Position numbers and translations under genes: made by a program | Shown: positions 1-10,887 of the stretch, in pieces | Layout: every line of letters begins with the position of its first letter | How positions within the stretch are numbered: position 1 is the first letter of the stretch | Source: Bacteroidales bacterium | Lineage (GTDB): Bacteria; Bacteroidota; Bacteroidia; Bacteroidales; JALTDM01 | Direction: 5' to 3' | Assembly: GCA_027074135.1 (NCBI GenBank) | Contig: JALTDM010000260.1 | Coordinates: forward strand, 1,413-48,410 | DNA: 46,998 nucleotides | The notes under the pieces: model-generated | What the model was told of the DNA's origin: nothing | The model's database searches: none | The model's input: the letters and a program-made list of their open reading frames with translations, nothing else

Positions 1-823
1 GTTTATTACCGATTTTTGTTAGTAAGATTAAATTTTTATTCAAATACGAAAGTCGTTTAATTGCATTTTGTGTAGTTACAACCTTTTTGAACACTGTTTC
101 GGGAATTTTTTCTTGCAAAATTTCGTCAAGGTTCAAAGATATAATTGTCAAAGGTGTTTGCATTTCGTGAGAAGCATTTTCTGTAAATTCTTTTAAAGAT
201 TTATAATCATTCTGAAGTTTTTTAGTTAGTTCTGTTATTGTCTTGTATAGCTTGTTGAATTCATCGATTTTACTCTGTTTTAATTTTAATTCTTTCGGGT
301 ATTCAAATGAAAATTTTTCAATCTCTTTTAAGTTCTCCTCAAAATCTAACCAAATTGTTTTATTGATTTTTTTGGTTGCTATAAACAGAACGAATAATAA
401 AAAAACTAATAAAAAAAGGAAAGGCACAGAAATAGCCAAAAATAGATCATTGCTTTCTAATAGCGAGTGGCGTAACCTGATTATGTATCTTTGATTGCCG
501 ATTTTTATTGTGTGTGTATATTCTAAATATGGTTCTTGTTCATTTTCTCCTTCTGTAGGATCCGGCAAATAAATAATCTTAAATTTATTTATATTTTTAT
601 ATAAATCATTTATTTTTGATGTTTCTATTATTGGATACAAATTTGGGGTATTATGCCTTATTTTTATTTCATTTATTATTGCATCCTCTTTTTCTAGCAT
701 ATCTTCTTTAATCTCACTTAAAATAATATCTTTAAGAATAATGTACCCTAAAATACTTGTGATAATCAGTAAAAAAACAAGTATTATCAGATAAAGTTTG
801 TTTATTTTAGATATGAATTTCAT
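1..823 (-). CDS. Sensor histidine kinase, partial (C-terminus runs off the left edge)
   Basis: My own minus-strand translation from the ATG at 823 gives MKFISKINKLYLIILVFLLIITS... (TM), a second TM, then the H-box FTENASHEMQTPLTIISL. The ATG overlaps the TGA of the upstream response regulator (ATGA). It is absent from the ORF track because the frame stays open at the window edge. Confidence 0.85.
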   Translation of the reverse strand, partial: MKFISKINKLYLIILVFLLIITSILGYIILKDIILSEIKEDMLEKEDAIINEIKIRHNTPNLYPIIETSKINDLYKNINKFKIIYLPDPTEGENEQEPYLEYTHTIKIGNQRYIIRLRHSLLESNDLFLAISVPFLFLLVFLLFVLFIATKKINKTIWLDFEENLKEIEKFSFEYPKELKLKQSKIDEFNKLYKTITELTKKLQNDYKSLKEFTENASHEMQTPLTIISLNLDEILQEKIPETVFKKVVTTQNAIKRLSYLNKNLILLTKIGNK

Positions 824-1497
824 TTATCAGTGAATTTATAACCCATTCCATAAATTGTTTTAATGTAGTTGTTTCCACCCTTTTCTTTTATCTTTTTCCT
901 AAGGTTGTTCAAATGAGTGTATATGAAATCAAAATTATCAACAAGGTCAATGTTATCATTCCACAAATGTTCCGCTATGGATTCTTTAGTTAATACACGG
1001 TTTTTGTTTACGAGAAAATATAAAAGCATATCATATTCCTTTTTGGTAAGTGAAACAGGTTGGTTGTTTATTTTTACTTCTTTACTGTGTATGTTAATTT
1101 CTATTTCATTAAATGTTATGATATTGTTCCTGTCAAATTGATTACGTCGGAGTACAGCTTTAATTCTTGAGTTAAGCTCCGGTAATTGAAAAGGTTTTGT
1201 TATATAATCATCTGCTCCCAGATCGAGTCCACTTATTTTATCGTCTAAAGAATTTTTTGCAGATATAATTATAATACCAGACGCGATATTACTCTTTTTA
1301 ATAATTTTTAATAGTTCTATACCATTACCGTCTGGTAGTGTAATGTCCAATAAAATTATATCATATTCATAGATTGCGATTTTTTCCGACGCCTTTCGAA
1401 AATTTGATGCTAATTCACACACATAACCCTCTTTTGTTAGATAGGAGCTTATTGAATTTAACAATTCTGGTTCGTCTTCTACAATTAAAAGTTTCAT
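820..1497 (-). CDS. OmpR/PhoB-family two-component response regulator
   Basis: Receiver domain (MKLLIVEDE..., DIILLDITLPDGNG, KPF) plus a winged-helix C-terminus (LTKKEYDMLLYF..., IKTIYGMGYKF). Confidence 0.95.
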   Translation of the reverse strand: MKLLIVEDEPELLNSISSYLTKEGYVCELASNFRKASEKIAIYEYDIILLDITLPDGNGIELLKIIKKSNIASGIIIISAKNSLDDKISGLDLGADDYITKPFQLPELNSRIKAVLRRNQFDRNNIITFNEIEINIHSKEVKINNQPVSLTKKEYDMLLYFLVNKNRVLTKESIAEHLWNDNIDLVDNFDFIYTHLNNLRKKIKEKGGNNYIKTIYGMGYKFTDK

Positions 1498-1715
1498 TTT
1501 TTAATTATATTTCACAAAGGTATGTCATAAATCTAAAGAAAATTTAAAGTTTTTATGCATAAAAAATACAGCTCTGAATTCTTTTAATATTCTGGCTAAC
1601 TCTTTCGGAGTGTTTTTTTCAACAGTTTGTTTTTTTTTGTTGTTTTTTTGTTGTTGAAAACTTTTTCATGTTTTAGTATGTTGGTTTTCAGTTTGTTAGT
1701 GTTTGTTGTGGTATA

Positions 1716-1755
1716 ATATGGAAAAAAATGGGAAAAAATGTATTAAAATGGAGAA
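1716..1755 (+). promoter_or_regulatory. Candidate MraZ operator: four ATG(G/T) repeats at exact 10-bp spacing upstream of mraZ
   Basis: ATGG at 1718, ATGG at 1728, ATGT at 1738 and ATGG at 1748, each followed by an A-rich spacer. They lie 35-65 nt upstream of the mraZ GTG start. A TATAAT hexamer sits at 1712-1717. The E. coli MraZ operator is a set of phased TGGGN direct repeats. Confidence 0.35.
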
Positions 1756-1784
1756 TTTGATATATATTTACCAAAAAAATAAAA

Positions 1785-2243
1785 GTGACCGGATTTGTAG
1801 GAGACATACGGGGAAAGGTAGATTCCAAGGGGAGAGTGGTGTTGCCATCCGCTTTCAAAAGGAAATTGGAAAGCAATATTTCGAAGTTTATTGTCAAAAA
1901 AGATATTTTTGACAATTGCCTCGTATTGTATCCTGAAGACGAATGGAAACGTCAAGTTGAAATTATCCGCAGTAAAATAAATCCCTATAACCGTCAACAT
2001 AATTTGTTTTTAAGAAAGTTTTTTAAAGAAGCTGTTGAGGTTGAATTAGATGCTTTAAATAGGGTGCTCATACCCAAAGCCTTGTTGGATAGTGCCGGTA
2101 TTGCAAAAGATGTTGTATTTATTGGAGAAGTAAGTAAAATCGAGCTTTGGAATCCAAATGAACTTGAAAAGAATATTATTTCCCAAGATAATTTTGCAAA
2201 GTTGGCGGAAGATATTTTTAAAGGAATAGGCGAAAATGAATAG
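1785..2243 (+). CDS. mraZ: Transcriptional regulator MraZ
   Basis: GTG start. Two SpoVT/AbrB-like repeats with DSKGRVVLP and LDALNRVLIP motifs. First gene of the dcw cluster. Confidence 0.9.
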   Translation: MTGFVGDIRGKVDSKGRVVLPSAFKRKLESNISKFIVKKDIFDNCLVLYPEDEWKRQVEIIRSKINPYNRQHNLFLRKFFKEAVEVELDALNRVLIPKALLDSAGIAKDVVFIGEVSKIELWNPNELEKNIISQDNFAKLAEDIFKGIGENE

Positions 2244-3144
2244 GAATTATCACATACCTGTGCTTTTGCAAGAAAGCCTTGACGGATTAAATATTAATCC
2301 TAACGGGATTTATGTTGATTTGACTTTTGGTGGAGGAGGTCACTCTTTAGAAATTTTGAAAAGGTTATCTCCCAAAGGCAGGCTCGTTGTTTTTGATACA
2401 GATGAAGATGCTTTTGCGAATTTACCGGAAGATGACAGAATAATACCTGTGAAAAGTAATTTTAAATATTTTATAAATTTTTTGAGGTATAATGATTTGT
2501 TGCCGGTTGACGGTATATTGGCAGATTTGGGAGTGTCGTCTTTTCAGTTTGACAATACCGAAAAAGGTTTTACCTATCGTGATGATGCTCGCTTGGATAT
2601 GAGGATGAATAAAACAGCTGAACTGTCAGCTTATGAAGTTGTAAATGGATATTCTCTCAATGAATTGAAAAGAATTTTTAATAAATACGGGGAAATTTAT
2701 CGTCCTGCTTTTGCTATAGCAAGTGCTATTGTTGAATACAGAAAGTATAATCCTATTAATACTACCGGTGAGCTTGTGAAAGTTGTTGACAAAGCTGTAA
2801 ATGGACGTGCTACACCTAAATTTTTATCGCAGTTGTTTCAAGCTATCCGTATAGAAGTAAATGACGAATTGGAAGCCCTCAAGGGAATGTTGACAAAAAC
2901 TCCTTATGCACTAAAAAGCGGGGGGCGTTTAGTTGTTATTGCTTATCATTCGCTTGAGGATAAGATAGTTAAGTATTTTTTGAAATATAATACATTTATT
3001 AAACCTGAATACGGTGATATTTCAATGCTACAGGAAAAGGTTTTTAAAATTATCAATAAAAAGGTTATAACACCAGGTAGTAAAGAATTAAAAGAAAACA
3101 AGAGGTCAAGAAGTGCAAAATTGAGAATAGCGGAAAGGCTATGA
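2236..3144 (+). CDS. rsmH: 16S rRNA (cytosine1402-N4)-methyltransferase RsmH (MraW)
   Basis: HIPVLLQESL, DLTFGGGGHS, DLGVSSFQFD, AYHSLEDKIVK. Overlaps mraZ by 8 nt. Confidence 0.97.
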   Translation: MNRNYHIPVLLQESLDGLNINPNGIYVDLTFGGGGHSLEILKRLSPKGRLVVFDTDEDAFANLPEDDRIIPVKSNFKYFINFLRYNDLLPVDGILADLGVSSFQFDNTEKGFTYRDDARLDMRMNKTAELSAYEVVNGYSLNELKRIFNKYGEIYRPAFAIASAIVEYRKYNPINTTGELVKVVDKAVNGRATPKFLSQLFQAIRIEVNDELEALKGMLTKTPYALKSGGRLVVIAYHSLEDKIVKYFLKYNTFIKPEYGDISMLQEKVFKIINKKVITPGSKELKENKRSRSAKLRIAERL

Positions 3145-3527
3145 ATGATTCCGGAAACATACATAATGAAGAACAGAAAAATATAGCAAAACGCAAAAAA
3201 GATTTTTCACGACAACTTGGACGTGTTTTAAGGGGTGATTTTTTACACGAAACAACTAAAAAAATAAATAAATACCTGATAATTTTTTTGTTAATGGCTA
3301 TCGGATACATATCATTAAAATATGAGGCAGATACATTAGCTGAAAAAGAAATAAAATTGAAAGAAGGAAATAAACGTTTACGTAATAAACAAGTTACACT
3401 CACTTTTGAACTTATACAAGCCAGTCAGCAATCAAAAGTGGAAGAATTGCTGGAGAAATATGGTATAAACCTGAAAGCACCTACTAATCCGCCTTATGTG
3501 ATTAAAGTTGATAAAGATGGCAAGTAA
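3141..3527 (+). CDS. ftsL: FtsL-like cell division protein (single TM plus coiled coil)
   Basis: Occupies the ftsL position between rsmH and ftsI. One TM (YLIIFLLMAIGYISL) is followed by a heptad-like segment. ATGA overlap with rsmH. Confidence 0.6.
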   Translation: MNDSGNIHNEEQKNIAKRKKDFSRQLGRVLRGDFLHETTKKINKYLIIFLLMAIGYISLKYEADTLAEKEIKLKEGNKRLRNKQVTLTFELIQASQQSKVEELLEKYGINLKAPTNPPYVIKVDKDGK

Positions 3528-5622
3528 AAATAGAGGACTCATATTAAAATTATTGGTCTTATTATTGGGATTCTTGGGACTTGCTATTCTAATTTTGACA
3601 AAAATATGGATATATAAAGTTATAGAGCGTGACAAATGGAGTAAATTACAACAAAAATATGTTTATAAAATAAAAACCATTCCGGCAACACGCGGTAATA
3701 TTTTGTCGGAAAATAATTTTACGCTTGTTACTTCGGTTCCTTTTTATGAAGTGAGGTGGGATGCTAGGGTTGAGAGCCTTACAGATAAAAATTTTAACGA
3801 AAATGTTGATTCGTTGGCTTGTTGCCTTGCACGCATTTTTCATAAATCTAGTAATTATTTTTTCAAAAAGTTGATAAAAGCCAGAACAATAGGGAACAGA
3901 TATACTCTTATTGCAAAAAAAGTAACTTACAACCAACTGGAAAAAATAAAGAAATGCCCGATATTTTCTTGGGGTAAGTTCAAAGGTGGTCTTATTGTAA
4001 ATACCCGAGAAGTGCGTGCCAAATCTTTTGAGTATTCATCTAGGACTCTCGGTTACAAAAGAGAAGACGGAACATGTATTGGTTTGGAGAAGGCTTATGA
4101 CAAATATTTGAGTGGTGTAAACGGTAAAAAACTGGTGCAAAAAATCTCCGGAAGGTATTACCGTGAAGTTAGAAGTGCAGAGAACATTGAGCCGCAAAAT
4201 GGTTATGATATTCGTACTACCCTGAATGTTGAAATTGAAGATATAACCCACAACAGCCTTTTAAGAATGCTGAAAGCTACACAAGCAGACCACGGAGTAG
4301 CTGTTGTTATGGAAGTGAAAACAGGTGATATAAAAGCAATTTCTAACCTGGGCAGGACAAAAGACGGGAATTATGAAGAAAAGTATAATTATGCAATAGG
4401 AGAGTTATATGAACCCGGCTCAACTTTTAAACTTGCTTCAATGATTGTTGCTCTTGATAAAGGAGTGGTAGATTTATATGATACAGTAGATACACGTAAC
4501 GGTACAATAAGATATTATAATCATATAATGAGAGATGCTCATGCAGGCATGGGTAAAATAACAGTAATTGATGCATTTGCTCATTCTTCTAATGTGGGTA
4601 TATCTCAAGTTATTTACAACAATTTTAAAGATCATCCCGAAGACTTTATTGACCGTTTATATGCAATGCATTTGAATGATGTTTTGGGCATTGAAATAAA
4701 AGGAGAAAAAAGACCCGTAATTCATTATCCTGGAGATAAATATTGGTCTGGAATCTCATTGCCTCAAATAGCAATAGGGTATGAAGTTAGAATTACGCCT
4801 TTGCAACTTCTTACTTTATATAATGCTATAGCCAATGGTGGTGAAATGGTAAAACCTAGGTTTGTTACTGCTATTTTGAATCATGGTAAGGTGATAAAAA
4901 AGTTTGAGACTCAAGTCATTGAACCGAGAATTTGTTCGTCTGAAACTGTTAAAAAAGCTCGCAAATTGTTAGAAGCAGTTGTTGAATACGGAACTGCAAG
5001 GGGAATAAAAACACCTTATTATAAAATTGCTGGTAAAACAGGAACAGCTATGTTAGCAAACCGTAATAGCGGTTATAATACTTCAAAAGGTAAGTTTTAC
5101 GTAGCTTCCTTTGTAGGATATTTTCCTTCTGATAATCCTATGTATTCAATTATTGTGACAGTACATAAACCCAAAGGTGCTTATTACGGTAGCCAAGTTG
5201 CAGCACCTGTTTTCAGGGAAATTGCCGATAAAATATATGCTACACAATTCAAGATGCACGAGCCGATAAACATAGCCGATACAATGATTATCAATGCTTC
5301 CGTTCCTATTGTAAAATATGGATATGCTCCTGATATTGAGGCTTTACTGGACGAACTTGATGTGAAATATAACGATAAAGACTTATCATCCGATTGGGCT
5401 GTCACATTTCCCCGTGATAGTGTAATTATTCTAAAAAACAGGTTTATACACAAAGGAATAATGCCTAATGTAAAAGGTATGGGATTACGTGATGCTACAT
5501 ATATATTAAACTCTATGGGGCTCAAGGTAAACCCCGTTGGTGAAGGAACTGTTGTTTACCAGTCGGTAAATCCGGGTCTTAAAGTTTCCAAAGGTCAAGA
5601 AATAATTTTAAAACTATTGTAA
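3517..5622 (+). CDS. ftsI: Peptidoglycan D,D-transpeptidase FtsI (class B PBP) with C-terminal PASTA domain
   Basis: SxxK (GSTFK), SxN (HSSNVG), KTG (GKTGTA). C-terminal PASTA-like MPNVKGMGLRDATYILNSMGLKV. The ORF track starts at a TTG at 3508; the ATG at 3517 (MASKNRG) is preferred. Confidence 0.93.
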   Translation: MASKNRGLILKLLVLLLGFLGLAILILTKIWIYKVIERDKWSKLQQKYVYKIKTIPATRGNILSENNFTLVTSVPFYEVRWDARVESLTDKNFNENVDSLACCLARIFHKSSNYFFKKLIKARTIGNRYTLIAKKVTYNQLEKIKKCPIFSWGKFKGGLIVNTREVRAKSFEYSSRTLGYKREDGTCIGLEKAYDKYLSGVNGKKLVQKISGRYYREVRSAENIEPQNGYDIRTTLNVEIEDITHNSLLRMLKATQADHGVAVVMEVKTGDIKAISNLGRTKDGNYEEKYNYAIGELYEPGSTFKLASMIVALDKGVVDLYDTVDTRNGTIRYYNHIMRDAHAGMGKITVIDAFAHSSNVGISQVIYNNFKDHPEDFIDRLYAMHLNDVLGIEIKGEKRPVIHYPGDKYWSGISLPQIAIGYEVRITPLQLLTLYNAIANGGEMVKPRFVTAILNHGKVIKKFETQVIEPRICSSETVKKARKLLEAVVEYGTARGIKTPYYKIAGKTGTAMLANRNSGYNTSKGKFYVASFVGYFPSDNPMYSIIVTVHKPKGAYYGSQVAAPVFREIADKIYATQFKMHEPINIADTMIINASVPIVKYGYAPDIEALLDELDVKYNDKDLSSDWAVTFPRDSVIILKNRFIHKGIMPNVKGMGLRDATYILNSMGLKVNPVGEGTVVYQSVNPGLKVSKGQEIILKLL

Positions 5623-5623
5623 A

Positions 5624-7084
5624 ATGATACTTGAAAAGTTATTGAAAAATATAAGCGTAAAAGAAATTGTTGGAGATAAAACCGTTGATATAAAATCAAT
5701 TGAGTTTGATTCCAGAAAAGTTGTAGATGGGGCTATGTTTGTGGCGGTAGAAGGAACAGTAACCGATGGGCACAATTACATAATGAAAGCTGTTGAGGGT
5801 GGTGCTGTTGCAGTTGTGTGCGAAAGAAATCCTTTTGTATTGCCTGAGAGTGTAACTGTTGTGTATGTAGAAGATTCTGCAGATGCATTGGGCAAATTGT
5901 CTTCGGAATTTTACGGGAATCCTTCAAACAATTTAAAGGTTGTAGGTGTAACGGGAACAAATGGCAAAACTACGATAGCGTCACTTTTGTATAAGCTTTT
6001 TGAAAATGCCGGATACAAATGCGGTTTGCTTTCTACAGTAGAAAACAAAATACACGGCAAAGTTTATCCTGCCACACATACGACACCCGCTCCTGTTGCC
6101 ATTCAATCGCTTATGGCGGATATGGTAGCGGAAGGTTGTGAATATTGTTTTATGGAAGTAAGTTCACATTCGGTTGTACAGAAAAGGATTAGCGGTATCA
6201 AGTTTGCCGGAGGAATTTTTACCAACCTTACACACGACCATTTAGATTATCACAAGACTTTTAAAAATTACCGTGATGCCAAAAAGATGTTTTTCGATAA
6301 TCTGCCGGAAGATGCTTTTGCATTATCAAACCTTGACGATAAGAACGGAACATTTTTACTTCAAAATACTGTTGCTAAAAGATATTATTATTCCTTGAAA
6401 AAGACTGCCGATTTTACTGCAAGGATAATTGAAATGGATTTTCATGGTACTCTTCTTAATATAAACGGTGAAGAAGTTTACATAAAACTTTTCGGTGAAT
6501 TTAATATTTATAACATTCTTGCCATATATGGTGCAACAGTGCTGTCTGGTTTGGACGAAGAAAGAGTACTGGTTGAAATAAGCAAGTTAGAACCTGTACG
6601 AGGAAGAATGGAAACTATCAGGTCTATTGACGGCAAGACATTTATTATTGATTATGCACATACGCCCGATGCACTGAAAAATATCTTGGAAACACTTAAC
6701 GAACTGAAAACAACAGGAAGGACTATTATAACCGTTTTTGGTGCTGGTGGCGATAGAGACAAAACAAAACGCCCTGAAATGGGTAAGATTGTGGCATCAT
6801 TGTCCGATATTGTAATTATTAGTTCCGACAACCCTCGTAGTGAAGATCCCGAAGCAATAATGAAAGACATAAAAGACGGCATCAAGTCTGAAAAAGACGA
6901 AGCAAAAACTCTTATGATACCGGACAGGGCAGTGGCAATACGTACATCGGTTTTGATGTCAAAACCGGGTGATATTATACTTATTGCAGGTAAAGGACAC
7001 GAAGAGTATCAGGAAGTGAACGGTGTGCGTCATCATTTTAGCGACAGGGAAGAAGTTTTGAAAAATATAACTCTTTTAAAATAA
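5624..7084 (+). CDS. murE: UDP-N-acetylmuramoyl-L-alanyl-D-glutamate--2,6-diaminopimelate ligase MurE
   Basis: [11 protein letters not shown]-loop, [17 protein letters not shown]. dcw context. Confidence 0.97.
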   Translation: MILEKLLKNISVKEIVGDKTVDIKSIEFDSRKVVDGAMFVAVEGTVTDGHNYIMKAVEGGAVAVVCERNPFVLPESVTVVYVEDSADALGKLSSEFYGNPSNNLKVVGVTGTNGKTTIASLLYKLFENAGYKCGLLSTVENKIHGKVYPATHTTPAPVAIQSLMADMVAEGCEYCFMEVSSHSVVQKRISGIKFAGGIFTNLTHDHLDYHKTFKNYRDAKKMFFDNLPEDAFALSNLDDKNGTFLLQNTVAKRYYYSLKKTADFTARIIEMDFHGTLLNINGEEVYIKLFGEFNIYNILAIYGATVLSGLDEERVLVEISKLEPVRGRMETIRSIDGKTFIIDYAHTPDALKNILETLNELKTTGRTIITVFGAGGDRDKTKRPEMGKIVASLSDIVIISSDNPRSEDPEAIMKDIKDGIKSEKDEAKTLMIPDRAVAIRTSVLMSKPGDIILIAGKGHEEYQEVNGVRHHFSDREEVLKNITLLK

Positions 7085-7091
7085 ATGGATT

Positions 7092-8342
7092 ATGTTGTAT
7101 TATTTATTTATGTATTTGGATAAACTGGATGTGCCTGGAGCGGGTGTTTTCCGTTATATATCTTTCAGGTCGGGTTTGGCACTTATTACTTCCCTCATCA
7201 TCTCAATGTGGATTGGTAAAAGTATTATTGCTTATTTGCGAAAAAAACAAATAGGTGAAACTGTCAGGCAGCTTGGTCTTCAAGGCGAACAGCAAAAGCA
7301 AGGAACTCCGACAATGGGGGGTATTATTATAATTTTGTCCATTGTAATACCTGTTCTGCTTTTTGCAGATATAGCAAATATTTATGTTATTTTGATGCTT
7401 ATCACCACTCTTTGGTTGGGTACGATTGGCTTTATAGATGATTACATTAAAGTTTTTAAGAAAAATAAAAAAGGACTGGCAGGAAAATTCAAGATACTTG
7501 GACAAGTAGGATTGGGAATATTGGTAGGTGTTGCATTTTATTTCAGTGATGATGTGGTTATCAAAATCAAGCAAGACAATTTTAAAGAAACAACTTATGT
7601 CTCCGAAGAATTAAACACCTTTAACGACAATTACGAAAAACCGGGCTATGTTACAGTAAAATCAACTAAAACTACACTACCGTTTATTAAAAATAATGAG
7701 TTTGATTACAAATCATTAATAGGATTTTTGCCAAAATCTATGCAACAACAATGGGTATGGCTTGTGTTTATTATCGTTACAATTTTTATTATAGCAGGGG
7801 TATCAAATGGTGCGAATCTGAACGACGGTCTTGATGGTCTTGCAGCAGGAACTTCAAGTATAATAGGTGCTACTCTGGGAGTTTTTGCTTACGTGTCCGG
7901 TAATATAATTTTTTCCGATTATTTGAATATTATGTATATACCTCATGTAGGAGAACTCGTAGTGTTTGCAAGCACGTTTATAGGTGCAACAGTTGGTTTT
8001 TTGTGGTATAATTCATATCCGGCTCAGATATTTATGGGTGATACAGGAAGTTTAACGATAGGTGGAATTATTGCCGTTTTTGCTATTGTTGTTCGCAAAG
8101 AATTATTGTTACCTTTACTTGCAGGTACTTTTTTGCTTGAAAGCCTGTCTGTTATGCTCCAAGTTTCCTATTTCAAATACACCAAGCGTAAATACGGTGA
8201 AGGCAGGCGAATTTTCCTTATGTCTCCATTACATCATCATTATCAGAAAAAAGGAATACACGAAAATAAAATTGTAGTAAGATTTTGGATTGTTGCGATA
8301 TTCTTTGCCGTGCTTGCAATTATAACATTAAAAATCAGATAG
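7092..8342 (+). CDS. mraY: Phospho-N-acetylmuramoyl-pentapeptide transferase MraY
   Basis: [39 protein letters not shown]. Confidence 0.97.
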   Translation: MLYYLFMYLDKLDVPGAGVFRYISFRSGLALITSLIISMWIGKSIIAYLRKKQIGETVRQLGLQGEQQKQGTPTMGGIIIILSIVIPVLLFADIANIYVILMLITTLWLGTIGFIDDYIKVFKKNKKGLAGKFKILGQVGLGILVGVAFYFSDDVVIKIKQDNFKETTYVSEELNTFNDNYEKPGYVTVKSTKTTLPFIKNNEFDYKSLIGFLPKSMQQQWVWLVFIIVTIFIIAGVSNGANLNDGLDGLAAGTSSIIGATLGVFAYVSGNIIFSDYLNIMYIPHVGELVVFASTFIGATVGFLWYNSYPAQIFMGDTGSLTIGGIIAVFAIVVRKELLLPLLAGTFLLESLSVMLQVSYFKYTKRKYGEGRRIFLMSPLHHHYQKKGIHENKIVVRFWIVAIFFAVLAIITLKIR

Positions 8343-9692
8343 ATGAGTGGTGTGAAATATGATATTGTGATATTGGGTTCGGGCGAAAGCGGAACAGGTG
8401 CTGCTATTTTGGCAAAAGCAAAAGGCTTGTCTGTTTTTGTTTCCGATAAGGGAAGCATTAAGGATAAATATAAATCTGAGCTTGAATCGGAAGGTATACC
8501 ATACGAAGAGGGCAGACATACTGAAGAAACGGTTTTGAGTGCATGTTTGATTGTGAAAAGTCCGGGTATCCCCGATACTGTGCCGCTTGTGCAAAAGGTG
8601 CGTGAAAAAGGCATAGAAGTAATAAGCGAAATAGAATTTGCATACAGGCATTTGAACAAAGGTGCGAAGATTGTCGCCATAACAGGCAGTAACGGCAAAA
8701 CTACTACCACTTTGCTCACATATCACATTTTCAAAAATGCAGGTGTGAAAGTAGGTCTCGGGGGAAATGTAGGTTACAGTTTTGCAAGACTGGTTGCCGA
8801 AGGCGGTTACGATTATTATGTGTTGGAGATTAGCAGTTTTCAACTTGACGGGTGTTACGAATTTAAACCCGATATTGGTGCTATTTTGAACATTACGCCT
8901 GACCACTTGGACAGGTACGATTACAAAATGGAAAATTATGCCGCATCAAAGTATCGGTTAGTTCAAAATTTTGATGAGAAAAACTTTTTTGTATTCAATG
9001 CAGATGACGAGGTTATAAGCAAGATGAATAAACTTTATTCTAAGGGGAAAGAAATACCTTTTTCATTAAAGAAGCACTTAACCGAAGGTGCTTGGCTTGA
9101 GGATGAAAAAATCATAATTAATATAAATAAAAACCTATTTGAAATGAAAATAGAAGAATTATCTCTGAAAGGAAAGCATAATGTGGCTAATTCAATGGTT
9201 GCAGCTATTGCAGCAAACATTATGAAAATAAAAAAAGAGACTATCAGAAGAAGTCTTATGACCTTTGATTCGGTTGAGCACCGTCTCGAAAATTATTTGA
9301 CAATAGGCGGAGTTAAATTTATAAACGATTCCAAGGCTACAAATATCAATTCCACTTGGTATGCTTTGGAAACCGTAGAAGCTCCGATAGTTTGGATAGC
9401 AGGCGGTATAGATAAAGGTAATGATTACAGTGAATTGTATCCGCTTGTAAAGGAAAAGGTTAAAGCTTTGGTTTGCCTAGGTCTAGACAACAGAAAACTT
9501 ATTGAAAGCTTTGAAGGGATAATTCCTGTAATAGAAGAAGCCCGCTCAATGCAAGAAGCTGTGAAAAAGGCATATAGACTGGCGGAAAGGGGAGATGTAG
9601 TATTGTTGTCACCGGCATGTGCCAGCTTTGATTTGTTTGATAACTACGAAGACAGGGGAAGGCAATTTAAAAAATATGTAAGAGATTTATAA
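8343..9692 (+). CDS. murD: UDP-N-acetylmuramoylalanine--D-glutamate ligase MurD
   Basis: ITGSNGKTTT, NITPDHLDRY, DSKATN, SPACASFD. Confidence 0.97.
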   Translation: MSGVKYDIVILGSGESGTGAAILAKAKGLSVFVSDKGSIKDKYKSELESEGIPYEEGRHTEETVLSACLIVKSPGIPDTVPLVQKVREKGIEVISEIEFAYRHLNKGAKIVAITGSNGKTTTTLLTYHIFKNAGVKVGLGGNVGYSFARLVAEGGYDYYVLEISSFQLDGCYEFKPDIGAILNITPDHLDRYDYKMENYAASKYRLVQNFDEKNFFVFNADDEVISKMNKLYSKGKEIPFSLKKHLTEGAWLEDEKIIININKNLFEMKIEELSLKGKHNVANSMVAAIAANIMKIKKETIRRSLMTFDSVEHRLENYLTIGGVKFINDSKATNINSTWYALETVEAPIVWIAGGIDKGNDYSELYPLVKEKVKALVCLGLDNRKLIESFEGIIPVIEEARSMQEAVKKAYRLAERGDVVLLSPACASFDLFDNYEDRGRQFKKYVRDL

Positions 9693-9696
9693 TTTT

Positions 9697-10887
9697 ATGA
9701 AACTGGAATTCCGGGGAGATAAAACATTGTGGTATATATATGCCTTTTTTGTGGCGATATCAATATTATCTGTATATAGCGCCACAGAATCTATGGGCTT
9801 GATAAAAGGCAGTGTATATATGTTTGCTTTTAAGCATTTTATAATGATAGTATTCGGTTTCTTCTTGATGTATTTTGTACACAGGTTGAATTATACCTTA
9901 CACTATCTCATTGCGTATCCGTTTTTGCTTTTTTCCATTGCACTTTTGGTAATTACGCTGGTTTACGGTGTGTCTCTTAATCAAGCATCCAGGTGGATAG
10001 TAATTCCCGGAACAGGTTTTACGCTTCAGACTTCCGATGTGGCAAAATTTGCTTTAGTAAATTTTCTTGCTGCAAAAATTTATGACTTGAATTCAAATGG
10101 TAAGATTAAAGAATTTTCATCATTGGCCGGTTGGATAATTTTTGCAACACTATTGGTCGTTGTATTGATTTTGCCTGCTAACTTATCCACTGCACTAATG
10201 GTTTTTATGATTGCATACATAATGATGTGGATTGGCGGTGCAAAGTTTAAACATTTGATTATTACTTTGTTAGTGTTCGTAATTTTGGGTGGCGGTTTTA
10301 TAATGATAGCTCCGAAATTTATGAAACACACCCGTATCGCTACTTGGAAGAGCAGGGTTGAATCTTTCTTTTCTGATGACAATTCAAAAAATAATGATAA
10401 TACATATCAAGCGGATCAGGCTAAAATAGCAATTGCAACAGGAGGACTTTTGGGGAAAGGTCCCGGTAATAGTGCTCAAAAAAGTGTATTACCACATCCA
10501 TATTCCGATTTTATTTATGCCATTATATTGGAAGAGTTTGGTATTTGGGGTGGTGTGATTGTAATTTTTCTATATTTTATATTACTGTATCGGGCAGTTC
10601 GTAATTTGATTATTGAAAAGAAGATAACTTATAAAATATTATTACAATTCGGTATTACATTAGTGTTTGTTACACAGGCGTTTATAAATATGGGTGTTTC
10701 TGTGGGTATTTTCCCGGTTACAGGTCAACCGTTGCCGCTTATCAGTATGGGTGGAACATCATATATTATGTCAAGCATATCTTATGGGGTGCTGATTTCA
10801 ACAACCATTGACAAAAAGAAAAAAACTAAAAATAAAGAACAGGAAAACAACGAAAATGAAGAACAAGAATCTGAAAATATTGATTAG
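9697..10887 (+). CDS. ftsW: SEDS-family peptidoglycan glycosyltransferase FtsW
   Basis: Polytopic membrane protein with HPYSDFIYAIILEE and PLPLISMGGTS motifs. Low-complexity K/E/N tail. dcw position. Confidence 0.93.
   Translation: MKLEFRGDKTLWYIYAFFVAISILSVYSATESMGLIKGSVYMFAFKHFIMIVFGFFLMYFVHRLNYTLHYLIAYPFLLFSIALLVITLVYGVSLNQASRWIVIPGTGFTLQTSDVAKFALVNFLAAKIYDLNSNGKIKEFSSLAGWIIFATLLVVVLILPANLSTALMVFMIAYIMMWIGGAKFKHLIITLLVFVILGGGFIMIAPKFMKHTRIATWKSRVESFFSDDNSKNNDNTYQADQAKIAIATGGLLGKGPGNSAQKSVLPHPYSDFIYAIILEEFGIWGGVIVIFLYFILLYRAVRNLIIEKKITYKILLQFGITLVFVTQAFINMGVSVGIFPVTGQPLPLISMGGTSYIMSSISYGVLISTTIDKKKKTKNKEQENNENEEQESENID

Noticed and set aside
243-494. 83-aa plus-strand ORF from the track
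   Set aside because: It lies antisense inside the histidine kinase reading frame, which shows a clear TM plus H-box translation on the minus strand. It is low-complexity K/N-rich and has no motif.
1688-2000. Three overlapping short ORFs (1688..1915 -, 1703..1912 +, 1743..2000 -) around the mraZ start
   Set aside because: They overlap the mraZ promoter region and its 5' coding region. Their translations are low-complexity, and MraZ with its GTG start accounts for the region.
8243-8906. Long antisense ORFs (158 and 192 aa) inside murD. Similar cases occur at 14641..15093 (ftsA), 26405..27013 (202 aa, flavoprotein), 43019..43519 (rseP) and 30602..30937 (nqrE)
   Set aside because: Each lies fully within a confidently identified gene on the opposite strand. 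The translations are Cys/Phe/Ser-rich nonsense typical of antisense frames. There are no start context or family motifs.
10808-10855. Extended N-termini offered by the ORF track (murG 10808, lepA to 26038, nqrA to 35165, flavoprotein TTG 35295, ftsI TTG 3508)
   Set aside because: In each case an internal ATG yields the family-typical N-terminus directly (for example [51 protein letters not shown]). The extensions overlap upstream genes or have no homologous content.
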